Of a stretch of DNA of 64,000 bases, positions 38,949 through 50,021 are shown piece after piece. The notes beneath the pieces were generated by a model. The model was not told the origin of the DNA, made no database searches, and saw only the letters and a program-made list of their open reading frames with translations. The stretch comes from Squalus acanthias (lineage: Eukaryota), in the NCBI GenBank assembly GCA_030390025.1, contig CM059449.1, positions 33,914,001-33,978,000 of the forward strand, read 5' to 3'. The position numbers and the translations under genes were made by a program. Each line of letters opens with the position of its first letter. Positions within the stretch are counted from its first letter, which is position 1.

Positions 38949-39022
38949 CCAATCGCAGTAAAGAAACGTCACTGATTGTCCAGGGCTGTCCCTGAACCGT
39001 GAGCAGCACCGAAACTGACTCA
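38949..39022 (-). promoter_or_regulatory. Putative MHC-type promoter (ISRE-like, X2/CRE, Y box)
   Basis: On - strand in order: TGAGTCA, AGTTTC, CCTGGACAATCAG-TGACG (38967-71), ATTGG (38949-53), 120-200 bp upstream of ATG. Confidence 0.55.
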
Positions 39023-39234
39023 CAGTCCAAGGCCTGCGCCATGTGGCCATGGACAACACACGGCGGGCGGTTAGAAATATGTTTAAAGCAGCGCTCCGGG
39101 GGTTATGTTGTATAATTGATAACAATAAATATATTGGGATAGCAAAATACTGCGGATGCTGGAAATCCGAAATAACAACAGAAAACGCTGGAAAAACTCA
39201 GCAGGCCAGGCAGCATCCGTGGAGAGAGAAAGAG

Positions 39235-39271
39235 AGTTAACGTTTCAGGTCGATGACCTTTCATCAGAACT
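39235..39271 (-). ncRNA. Minimal type I hammerhead ribozyme in Penelope 3' pLTR
   Basis: AGTT-CTGATGA-A-AGGTC(ATC)GACCT-GAAAC-GTT-AACT: conserved core, stem II, palindromic stem III, 4-bp stem I. Confidence 0.85.
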
Positions 39272-39548
39272 GGGAAGAGCCGGAAATCAAATAGATTTAA
39301 GGCCAGGGTAAAGCTGGGAAAAGGGGGAGGGGATAAAGGAACAAAGGGGGAGATGGAGAGACATTAAGTGACATTAAGAGATATGCAAGGCTAGAGGTGG
39401 TGTTAATGTGACAGATTAAGGCTGAATGAAGTGTGAAATCCACTGGCAGAATGAAGGACAGCTGCCAGCTTCTAGGAGGAAAAAAAAGGTGGGGGGGGAC
39501 AAATAAAAGGGTGGATAAAATAAAATATAAATGTGATTGGAGCTGAGG

Positions 39549-42326
39549 TTATGATCTAAAATTGTTGAACTCGATATTGAGTCCAGAGGGCTGTAGCGTG
39601 CCTAAACGAAAGATGAGGTGCTGTTCCTCGAGCTTACGCTGAGCTTCCGTGGAACAGTGTAATAGGCCGAGGACGGTGAGGTCAGAGTGGGAGTGAAGCG
39701 GTGAATTAAAGTGACAGGCCACCGGGAGCTCGGGGTCCCCCTTACGGACTGAACGGAGGTGTTCTGCAAAGCGGTCACCCAATCTGCGTTTGGTCTCCCC
39801 AATGTAGAGGAGTCCACATCGTGAGCAGCGAATACAGTATACTAAATTGCAGGAAGTACAAGTAAATCGCTGTTTCACCTGGAAGGGGTGTTTGGGGCCC
39901 TGGACAGTGGGAAGAGGGGAGGTATAAGGGCATGTGTTGCATCTCCTGCGCGTGCACGGGAAGGTGCCGGGCGAAGGGGAAGGGGTGCTGGGGGTGGTAG
40001 AGGACTGGACTAGGGTGTCGCGGAGGGAGCGGTCCCTACGGAATGCTGAAAGGGGAGGTGAGGGGAAGATGTGTTTGGTGGTGGGATCACGCTGGAGGTG
40101 GCGGAAATGGCGGAGGATGATCCGTTGAATGTGGAGGCTGGTGGGGTGAAAGGTGAGGACAAGGGGAACCCTATCGTGGTTCCGGGAGGGAGGGGCAGGG
40201 GTGAGGGCAGATGTGCGGGAGATAGAACGGACACGGTCGAGGGCCGTGTCGACCATGGTAGAGGGGAATCCTCGGTTGAGGAAAAAGGAAGACATGTCGG
40301 AAGCACTGGTATGGAAGGTGGCATCATCAGAGCAGATGCGGCGGAGACGGAGAAACTGGGAGAATGGAATAGAGTCCTTACAGGAGGCGGGGTGGGAGGA
40401 AGTGTAGTCCAGGTAGCTGTGGGAGTCAGTGGGCTTGTAGTGAATGTTAGTCAATAACCTATCCCCAGAGATGGAGATGGAGAAGTCGAGGAAGGGAAGG
40501 GAAGAGTCGGAGATGGACCATGTGAAGGTGAGGGAAGGGTGGAAATTGGAAGCATAGTGAATGAAATGTTCTAGTTCAGGGCGAGAGCAGGAGACGGCAC
40601 CGATACAGTCATCAATGTACCGGAAAAAGAGGTGAGGGAGGGGACCCGAGTAGGACTGGAACAAAGAGTGTTCCACATATCCCACGAAAAGGCAGGCATA
40701 GCTAGGACCCATGCGGGTACCCATAGCAACACCTTTAATTTGGAGGAAATGGGTAGAGTCAAAGGAGAAGTTGTTCAATGTGAGAACAAGTTCAGCCAGG
40801 CGGAGGAGGGTGGTGGTGGATGGGGACTGGTTGGCCCTCTGTTCAAGGAAGAAGCGGAGCGCCCTCAGGCCATCCTGGTGGGGAATGGAGGTGTAGAGGG
40901 ATTGTACGTCCATAGTGAAGAGGAGACGGTTGGGGCCGGGAAACTGGAAACTGTTAAAATGGCGGAGGGCATCGGAAGAGTCGCGGATGTAGGTGGGAAG
41001 AGACTGGACAAGGGGAGAAAAAATAGAGTCGAGATAGGAAGAGATAAGTTCCGTGGGGCAAGAACAGGCTGAAACGATGGGTCTACCGGGGCAGTCCTGT
41101 TTGTGGATCTTGGGAAGGAGGTAGAAGCGGGCTGTGCGGGGTTGGGGAACTATGAGGTTGGCGGCCGTGGGGGGAAGATCTTCAGAGGAGATGAGGTCAG
41201 TGACAGTCTTGGACACGGTGGCTTGATGTTCGGTAGTGGGGTCATGGTCCAGGTGGAGGTAGGAGGAGGTGTCAGAGAGTTGGCGTTCAACTTCCGCTAG
41301 GTAGAGGTCGGTTCGCCAAACAACAACAGCGCCACCCTTGTCAGCAGGTTTAATGACAATGTCAGGGTTGGATCGGAGAGAATGGAGTGCTGCAAGTTCA
41401 GAGGGAGGTAGGTTGGAGTGAGTGAGGGGAGCAGAGAAATTGAGCTGGCCAATGTCACGGTGGCAGTTAGCAATGAAAAGATCAAGAGAGGGTAAGAGGC
41501 CAGAGGGAGGGGTCCAGGTGGAACGAGAATTCTGAAAGCGGGAGAAAGGGTCAGCCGTGCGGGGGGAAGACTCCTGGCCAGAGAAGTGGGCACGGAGACG
41601 GAGGCGGCGGAAAAAGAGCTCAGCATCGTGCCGAGCTCGAAATTCATTGAGATGGGGGCGTAAGGGGATGAAGCTCAGGCCTTTGCTGAGGACTGATCGT
41701 TCGGAGTCAGAGAGGGGAAGATCAGAGGGGATAGTGAAAACGCGGCAGGGGGTGAGATTGGGAGAAGGGGTGTCAGAGGAAAGTGAAGGGGAAGAAGGTT
41801 CCGGAGGGGCTTTAGTGTCCAAGAGTTGTTGAAGCTTGTGATCCTTGACCGCAGAAAGGAAGAAGAAAAGTTTTTGGTTGAAGCGTCGGATGAGTCTAAG
41901 GATGAAATGGAACTGTGGACCCGGACAGCTTTGAGATAGAGTGCGTCGGTGCTGCTGAAAAGAGATGTCGAGAGTGTTCATGTGGCGCCGCATGGCGTTG
42001 AGCGTGGATCTCAAGATGCGGCGAGAGCAGTAGTTCGAGGAACGATGAATATCTTGGAGATATTTGTAATCCTGGGTGGATCCGAAACACAAAGGGTGGA
42101 AGTTTAGTTGGAATCCGCGTGGGATAAGTCGGAACCGGAGACAGTTGCTGAGGAAAGTAATGTGGCTGTGAAACCGAGTCTTGGCAGATACCTGATCAAA
42201 CACGAGAAGGGAAACTGAAATCAATGAAGATGAACAAGGTTGAAGAGCCAAACGGAAATCCCTCGAAGAGAAGAGCAGAACTTCTTCAAGGTAGGCATTC
42301 CAAGAAGAGAGGTGGCAGTGAACCAA
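39549..42326 (-). CDS. Penelope RT-GIY-YIG endonuclease polyprotein (925-codon open frame)
   Basis: KPADKGG, LYTSIP, GVAMG and RYIDD RT motifs; CxxxxCxxC linker; VYCIRC..YIGET..RFAEH endonuclease. Confidence 0.93.
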   Translation of the reverse strand: MVHCHLSSWNAYLEEVLLFSSRDFRLALQPCSSSLISVSLLVFDQVSAKTRFHSHITFLSNCLRFRLIPRGFQLNFHPLCFGSTQDYKYLQDIHRSSNYCSRRILRSTLNAMRRHMNTLDISFQQHRRTLSQSCPGPQFHFILRLIRRFNQKLFFFLSAVKDHKLQQLLDTKAPPEPSSPSLSSDTPSPNLTPCRVFTIPSDLPLSDSERSVLSKGLSFIPLRPHLNEFRARHDAELFFRRLRLRAHFSGQESSPRTADPFSRFQNSRSTWTPPSGLLPSLDLFIANCHRDIGQLNFSAPLTHSNLPPSELAALHSLRSNPDIVIKPADKGGAVVVWRTDLYLAEVERQLSDTSSYLHLDHDPTTEHQATVSKTVTDLISSEDLPPTAANLIVPQPRTARFYLLPKIHKQDCPGRPIVSACSCPTELISSYLDSIFSPLVQSLPTYIRDSSDALRHFNSFQFPGPNRLLFTMDVQSLYTSIPHQDGLRALRFFLEQRANQSPSTTTLLRLAELVLTLNNFSFDSTHFLQIKGVAMGTRMGPSYACLFVGYVEHSLFQSYSGPLPHLFFRYIDDCIGAVSCSRPELEHFIHYASNFHPSLTFTWSISDSSLPFLDFSISISGDRLLTNIHYKPTDSHSYLDYTSSHPASCKDSIPFSQFLRLRRICSDDATFHTSASDMSSFFLNRGFPSTMVDTALDRVRSISRTSALTPAPPSRNHDRVPLVLTFHPTSLHIQRIILRHFRHLQRDPTTKHIFPSPPLSAFRRDRSLRDTLVQSSTTPSTPSPSPGTFPCTRRRCNTCPYTSPLPTVQGPKHPFQVKQRFTCTSCNLVYCIRCSRCGLLYIGETKRRLGDRFAEHLRSVRKGDPELPVACHFNSPLHSHSDLTVLGLLHCSTEAQRKLEEQHLIFRLGTLQPSGLNIEFNNFRS

Positions 42327-44399
42327 ACACTAATACGATAGCAAAATACTGCGGATGCTGGAAATCCGAAATAACAACAGAAAACGCTGGAAAAACTCAG
42401 CAGGCAATAAATATATTGCCTGAATCTAGCGGAAAACGCCCTCGTTGCCGCAGAGAATCGAGTAATAAACTTGAAGCTCAATACTGTGAGCCAGTGAAGT
42501 TCATATCACGGCAATTAAACCCTTTCTGACCACGTGGTCCAATTTTATTCTAGACGGCCCGGCCGAGCAACTAGCGGGATCGGGGGCAACGCTGGTTTTA
42601 CACCGCGCCCAATTTTACACTCCATTGAAATCAGTGGAGAGTAATATTGCGCGGGAGCGGTAACGCAGCCTTCCACCCTCCCCGTGGGATCCCGCCCAGC
42701 CATTTAGGTTAAAATTGCCCTAAACTGCGGCTGTCATTGCAGCAGCGGCGTGTGGGTTAATATTTTTTTTTATTCCAGCTTACTTTACACTTGAACTGAC
42801 ATTATTTTGTGCTTCTGCGCTGTAAAACCAAACTGTAAAATATAAAGTCAAAGTACTGAGTGAAAATAAAGACCGAATGTAGTGGCTTTCAAATGGGACT
42901 GAATTATTCTAGGAAAAACACCCATTGCTCCAACCGTCTCAATTTTACCACTTCCTAAATGACCCTAAATCTTCTCATATAACTATGAGTTATGTAAAAC
43001 CAAAGGTTTCTATCAGTAAGGAGAGAAGGCATGAATCACAGATAGATGGAGATGAATGATGTCTGGTCGCCTTGGTCCAGTTTTCCCCAAGCCTCGAACC
43101 CACCTCACTGGAATAATACACTCGGTGCTAGATGTTCAATAGAAGGGAAATCAGGCGGGTTCTGCAAATTGTGTGGGAGCCTCTCCATCTGGTTTTACTC
43201 TGTGCTCCGCCAGGCGAGGCTTAACATCCAGGCGGTGAAGACGGAAATCTACCACTTGGTCATCACCTTGTGTGCAATGCCAGGCAAGGTCAACAGTGAT
43301 ATCAGAAGCAGTGGTTTCTTGGTTGCATTTTCACGGTTTGTAAACAGAACTGTAACCTTTATGAGTGGTTAGTGAAACAAGTTGCAACATTTTGTCGTGA
43401 ATACGCACAGTATTTCTTCAAGGTGGGCAATTGCAAAATGTTGCTTTGTTGTTATTTTCCGTCTCCAACAACGAGTAGATGTGTCCCTCTGACCTGTGTT
43501 GAGGTTGTTATTTCATCCAAGGCTGCGGCCTGGTGGGATGTGGGATTAGAATTAGCCCCCGTGTTATGGGCTGGCAGATCCCAGGTACACATTGTTGTTC
43601 GATATTGAGAGAACAGCCGCTAGAAGATCCTTGGGCACCTATGTTGGATCGGTCTGTGCTGCGCTGCACTGCCCCTCACAATGGAATGTCCTGCTTACTC
43701 TCATTCTATGGGCTCACACCTGAACGGTGATCTCATGAAAGAAATGGGAGAGGAGGCAGGCACCCGCAGAACTCTGTCTCAGCATCAGGTACCACCTCCC
43801 CTAGAGGAGGGCGAGGTCATAGAATGAGAGGCAAATTCAGAGAGAAAGTGTAAAAACCAAACCAGGGAAAGACGTAGAATTACATTTCTCCCAGCAACTG
43901 TTTAAGTCTTTTTAAACCAGACTGTCCCACTAACTTATCTAACTTTCCCATGTTTCCACTTTCCCAAAGACTCTCATGGTCCCGTGGCTGAAATTGGCAT
44001 TTTATCCATTTACTAGTCTCTACATTAAGACATCAGCATTTTACAATATTATTTTTCAATGCGAGCCCTAGGTTTTGTGACACGTATATAACTGTGGGCG
44101 GCCAGAATGATTCACGTCTGGAGGCTCTTCCTCTTGTAGTTTCACTTCCTCTGAAAGAATTAGCATTCCATTTGTAAATCTTACTCAAAAAAACATTCTG
44201 TTGAACTTCACAGTTCCCTGAGAGCACAACAATCGTTTTATGAGCACTTTAAACTGTAAACTTATTTATTTAATTTTCTGTTATTTTATATTCGTACAGA
44301 ACAAAATTTGATATCAGAGTGAATCCAATTACTCCTCCGATACCTAGTGCTCTGCCGTGACTCCACCAAGCTTCTGCATCCGTTTTGTCTGAACCGATT

Positions 44400-45650
44400 A
44401 CATGGAATTACAAGTTAGAATCTTCAACACAGAAACAGGCCATTCGCCTCACTGGTCTATCTGGTGTTTATACACCACAGGGGCGTTATCCTAATCTAAT
44501 TACTGCTTCAAACCCTGCCCCTATATATCCTTATATTCCCTCCTCCCTCAGGTATGTATCAAGCCCATTCTTAAATATAGCAATGCTCTCTGCTTCAACC
44601 TTTCCACGGGGCAGCGAGTTCCACATTCTCAGCACTCTGTTTGTAAGGAAATGCCTCCAAAATTCTTTACTTAATCTGTAAGTGTCTACAAGAAACCAGC
44701 CCCAGCCCAGTCCAATCTTTCCTGATAGTTCTGTCCTCCCAATTCTGATAACATCCTTGCAAATATTTTCTGTACATTCCCCAGTTCTTCAATATCCTTT
44801 TTGTAGCATGGAGACCAGAACATCCACAGTACTCCAAGTCTGGTCTAACCAAGACTCTGTATAAATGTAACATGACTTCCCAGTTTTATGTTATATTCTG
44901 CTAGAAATGAGCCTCAGTACTTTGTTTGCACTTTTTATTGTCGTATCAGCTTCCGTTGCTACTTCGAAGGATTTGTGCATCTGTGTTTCCAGATCTGTTT
45001 GCTCCTCTACCACATTTAGTGTCTTACCTTCCAAGGAATGTTAACCTCCTTATTCCTCCTACCAAAATGACCCACCACACACTTTGCTATATTGAATTTC
45101 ATTTGTCATTCATCTGCCCACTCTGCAAGCCTGTTTGTGTCTTCTTGTATTTTCGTGCAGTCCTCCACATTATTGGCTGCACACCCCAATTGGTATCATG
45201 TGCAAATTTCGACACCAGGAGGGAAACACCTCCCAGGAAATGTATAATGGATGGCTGATCAACAAATTCAAATCATCCCACATACATCGACACTCTGAGT
45301 CCAAATCAGTGACGTTTAAGGTGGACAACAGTGGTCCGAGCACAGATCCCTGCGGGACAACACTTCCCACTTTCTGACAGTCTGGGAAACTTCCCTTATC
45401 ACCCACCCCCATTTTCTGTATTCTAACAATCTTTCAATTCATTCTGACACTTGACCTCTGACTCTACAGGCTCTGACACTTGCCATGAGCTTCTTATCGA
45501 GCACCTTATGAAGGCCTTTTGAATGTCCATGTAGATCACACCTACTGCATTGCCCTTGTGTATTCTTTCCATTAGTAATTCAACTTATTCAATAAGGTTA
45601 GTTAAACATGGCCTTCCTTTTACAAATCCATGCTGTCTATTTTATATTAT
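44400..45650 (-). mobile_element. Degraded CR1 fragment
   Basis: VPQGSVLGP and LVRPDLEYC motifs with frameshifts. Confidence 0.8.
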
Positions 45651-46094
45651 ATTCTCCAGGGGGAAATTGGTCTCTGGCCCAGCGCAAAACAGGCGATGGT
45701 GAAGTGACTGGAAAACATTTAATTTAAGTGACATAAAGTGGGATGTCCAAAAATGAGCAAATTATATATTGCAACCTGTATATTCTACCGTTTGATAATC
45801 AAGTCAAATGTGTTGTATTGTAATTCTTCTACTGAATTCAAATCTGGCGACTAGGAAACAGGCGTCTGACCCAAACTCGCCCCGTTCCCGCCGGGTTAGG
45901 TTAAAATTACCCCCACATGTTCTCCTTCCTGTAATTCATCATCTGCAAGCAAGGACGTAGAGAATTATGAACACAGATTCGTACACTAAGGCTTCGTCTG
46001 ATATTCCATCCTACTTATCTAACTCGTGATATTTAATTTGTTTGCCCCTATCTATAGCAACAGTGACACTAAATGTTTTGTCAGTGATTCTGTG

Positions 46095-46515
46095 GGGAGA
46101 CTAGAGAAGCTATGATTGTTCTCCTTCGAGCAGAGATGGTTAAGCTGTAATAGACATGATGAAAATCATGAAGGGATGTGGCAGAGTAAATAAGGAGCAA
46201 CTGTTTCCACTGAAAAAAGGGTCATGTAACCAAATGACTCAGATTTATGGTAGTTGGCAAAAGAACCACAGGTGAGATGAGGAGAGTTTATTTTACGCAG
46301 TGAGTTGTTGTGATCTGGAATGCACTGCATGAAAGTGTGATGGAAACAGATTCAATTATAACTTTCAAACGGGAAATGTATAAATACTTGAAGGGAAGAT
46401 AATTGCAGGCTTTGGGGATAAAGCAGGGGAGTGCGACTATTTCAAAAGCTCTTTCAAAGAGCCGGCACAGGCTAGATTGGCCGAAAGGCCTCCTCCTATG
46501 CTGTAAGGTTCCATA
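46095..46515 (+). mobile_element. CR1 3' fragment
   Basis: Similar to 30810-31172. Confidence 0.7.
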
Positions 46516-47459
46516 ATTGTTCAGGTTATGACTCTCGCTGTGCTATAGATTCTGTACATTTTAGATCATCTCAGATTATATCTGACGGTGTCCCAGTGGT
46601 GTGTCACAGTGCTTACCTGACATAACTTTAATTTCAAGACTTCACTACAAAACTTAGCCAATCCGTTCTTTATGTTCCGCCTAAATGAAGCTTTTTCCTG
46701 TTTGTGTATGAAGCAACATGTAATGCACATTTAACTCAACCCCTCAGTATCAGTCCTATAGATGCAGCAAAGAAGTATCATCAGGAACCCCGAATGGATT
46801 CTTTCATTCACATTCGATGGATGTGGGCCAGATGTTCCCGTCTCTGCACCTGGGAGCTGTTGAATTTTCTGTTGCAGTGAATACATGAAAACCTCCGGTG
46901 GAGTAGAGCGCTTTCCCCAAACGGAGCTTTCTGATTGTCCATTCATTCCTTTATACGGAGGGAAGATTGGGCAGACTTCTGTATAGTGTGTGCGCTTACC
47001 CGCCCAAAGTTGAACTGAGATGTGATTTCAGATTTCAGTAGTTGTTATAACTAAGAATGTCTAAAGATGGAAACCAACTAAGAGTGAAGAGACTGTAGAT
47101 TAGATCTAGTAGGTTTGGGTTAGGCTTGAGACTGACACGAAGAATTATCAAGGCACAAGTGTCATTCATTAAATGACTGTTAACTGTTTGTAAACTACAA
47201 TTATTCATCAAATATGCAAAGAAACTGATAATAAATCAGTAAACCAGTAATATATATAACTGCAAGCGTATTATAAGATGTTATGATTTGTTCTTCCTAT
47301 GTGAGCGACTCTGGCAAGCCAGCATTTATTGTCCATCCCTAATTGCCTTGACTGCATTAAGAGCCAGCTATGTTGGGTGGGATAAAATCACTTGTAGGCC
47401 AGACAAAATAGAGAGTGTCAGGTCTCCTTCTCTGTAAGACATTAGTGAAACGGTTCGGT

Positions 47460-49470
47460 TTTTATGATAATCCGCCAGCTTCTGTAGCATTTTTTCTTGG
47501 TGATAGTCCACAAAGTAAGCCTGAGGATTGGGACAGTTTCAGAAACCAGCAAAGGTTAACCAAAAAAGTTGATAAAAAGGGAAAAAATAGAATATGACCG
47601 AAAACTAGCAAGAAATATAAAAGCAGATTGTAAGAGATTCTACAAGTATGTAAAAAGAAAAAGAGTAGCAAAAGTAAATGTCAGTCCCTTAGAGGCTGAG
47701 ACAGGAGAAATTATTACGGGGAAAAAGAAAATGGCCTAAACGTTAAACAAATATTTTGTATCTGTCTTCACAGTAGAAGGCACAAAAAGCATACCCAAAC
47801 TGGTGGAGAACCAAGGGTCTAATGAGGATGAGGAACTTACCGTAATTAATATAAGTAGAGAAAAAGTACAAGAGTAACTGATGGGAATAAAAGCCGACAA
47901 ATCCCCTGGACCTGAAGACCTATATCCCAGGGTTTTAAAAGCGGTGACTGAAGAGATAGCGGATGCATTGGTTTTGATCTTCAAAAATTCCCTAGATTCT
48001 GGAATGGTCCCAGCAGACTGGAAGTTCGCAAATGTAACACCGCTAATTAAGAAAGGAGGCAGAGAAAAAACAGGGAACTACAGGCCAATTAGCCTGACAT
48101 CAGTCGTCGGCAAAATGCTGGAATCCATTGTTAAGGAAGTGGTATCAAGTCACTTCGAAAATCATAACATGATTAGGCAGAGTGAACATGGTTTTATGAA
48201 AGGGAAATCGTGTTTGACAAATTAATTAGCGTTTTTTGAGGATGTCACGAGCAGGGTAGATAAAGGGGAACCAGTGCGTGTAATATATTTGGACTTCCAA
48301 AAGGCATTCGATAAGGTGCCACATAAAAGGTTATTACACCAGATTAGGACTCATGGGGTTGGGGGTAATATAGTAGCATGGATAGAGGACTGGTTAACGG
48401 ACAGAAAACAGAGAGTAGGGAAAAACGGATCTTTTTCAGGTTGGCAGGCTGTAACTAGTGGGGTGCCGCAAGGATCAGTGTTGGGGCCTCAGCTATTTAC
48501 AATCTATATTAATGACCTAGATGAAGGGACCGAATTTGCTGATGATACAAAGCTAGTTGGGAAAGTAAGCTGTGAGGAGAACTCAAAGAGTCTGCAAGGG
48601 GATATAGATAGACTAAGTCAGTGGGCAGTATGGTGGCAGATGGAGAATAATGTAGGGAAATGTGAGATTATTCACTTTGATAGGAAGAATAGAAAAACAG
48701 AATATATTTTAAATGGTGAGAAACTTTCAAATGTTGGTGTTCAGAGAGATTTTGGTGTCCTCGTGCAAGAAACACAAAAAGCTAGCATGCAGGTACAGCA
48801 AGCAATAAGGAAGGCAAATGGCATGTTGGCCTTTATTGCAAGGGGGTTGGAGTATAAGAGTAAGAAAGTCTTGCTACAATTGTACAAGGCCTTGGTGCGA
48901 CCACACCTGGAGTACTGTGCAGAGTTTTGTCTCCTTATCTAAGGAAGGATATACTTACTTGGAGGCGGTGCAACGAAGGTTCACTAGATTGATTCCTGGG
49001 ATGAGATGGCTGTCCTATGATGAGAGATTGTGTAGAATAGGCCTATACTCTCTGGAGTTTTGAAGAATGAGAGGTGATCTCATTGAAACATACAAGATTC
49101 TGAAGGGGATTGACAGGGTAGATGCTGAGAGGTTGTTTCCCCTGGGTGGAGTGTCTGGAACTAGGAGGCATAATCTCAGGATAAGAGGTAGGCCATTTAA
49201 GACTGAGATTAGGAGGAATTTCTTCACTCAGAGGGTTGTGAATCTTTGGAATTCTCTCCCTCAGAGGGCTGTGAATGCTGAGTCTTTGAGTATATTCAAG
49301 GCTGAGATAGATAGACTTTTGGACTCTAGGGGAATCAAGGGATTTGGAGATCGGGCAGGAAAGTGGAGTTGAGGTTGATGATCAGCCATGATCTTACTGA
49401 ATGGTAGAGCAGGCTCGAGGGGCCGTATGGCCTACTCCTGCCCTTATTTCTAATGTTCTTATGTTCTTAT
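47460..49470 (+). mobile_element. CR1 LINE ORF2 fragment
   Basis: KSPGP, NYRPISLTS, LDFQKAFDKVPH, FADD; several stops and frameshifts; CR1 tail. Confidence 0.93.
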
Positions 49471-49746
49471 CAGATTTACTGATTTCAATTTTCAACTTCC
49501 CATGTTGGAATTTGGACTCAACACCTTTGGGATACTCGTCCAGTACTATCGTCACTAGGCTACTGTATTATCCCGCTCACTCGTTCTGGAACATTACTAA
49601 TGTATTTACAGAATACTGCTTTCATCGGTCTCCGGTACAGCTGAATGAATAGGCAAAAGTAAATAATAGAATTCAACTAGGATTGCGTGCTGTGCGTTTC
49701 ACCAGGTAGATCCAGGAGGATCTTTTTTTTTAACAAATCAACTTAC

Positions 49747-50006
49747 TTGAACTGAAGTTCATCTGCTGTAACGTTCTGGAAACTTGCCCTTTCTGATTCC
49801 GTGGAAACTGGCTGCAGTAATTGTGAGTTCCTCACAGTAACTGGTGTCATAGGAATTCACCATCCACTGCTTACTTGGAACTGTTATGTACATATTGCTG
49901 TCACAATAGTCTATCTCACAGCCATCCACAACCTCCATTATACTATAGTCCGGAAGATCAGAAATCCCATGTTTCAGTGTGTAGTGATACATCAAAGAGT
50001 GAGAAT
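49747..50006 (-). pseudogene. Second MHC class I-like alpha1 exon, 1-bp deletion
   Basis: (D)SHSLMYHYTLKHG..LPDY..DGCEIDY..; AG/GT intact; 260 bp vs 261 bp in the paralog, frameshift after RKG. Confidence 0.85.
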
Positions 50007-50021
50007 CTAGAACAACATAAT

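Larger units (their letters stand above)
39137..42404 (-). mobile_element. Penelope-like retrotransposon, Neptune-type, near full length
   Basis: Identical 69-bp direct repeats (39138-39206, 42337-42405); TSD CAATAAATATATTG (39123-39136, 42405-42418); RT plus GIY-YIG ORF. Confidence 0.95.

Noticed and set aside
39934-41832. Plus-strand ORFs within Penelope
   Set aside because: Antisense shadows of a C-rich coding strand with no motifs
43400-43500. Possible cytoplasmic exon with IYSLL motif for the second paralog
   Set aside because: Poor acceptor, phase mismatch and no linked TM exon
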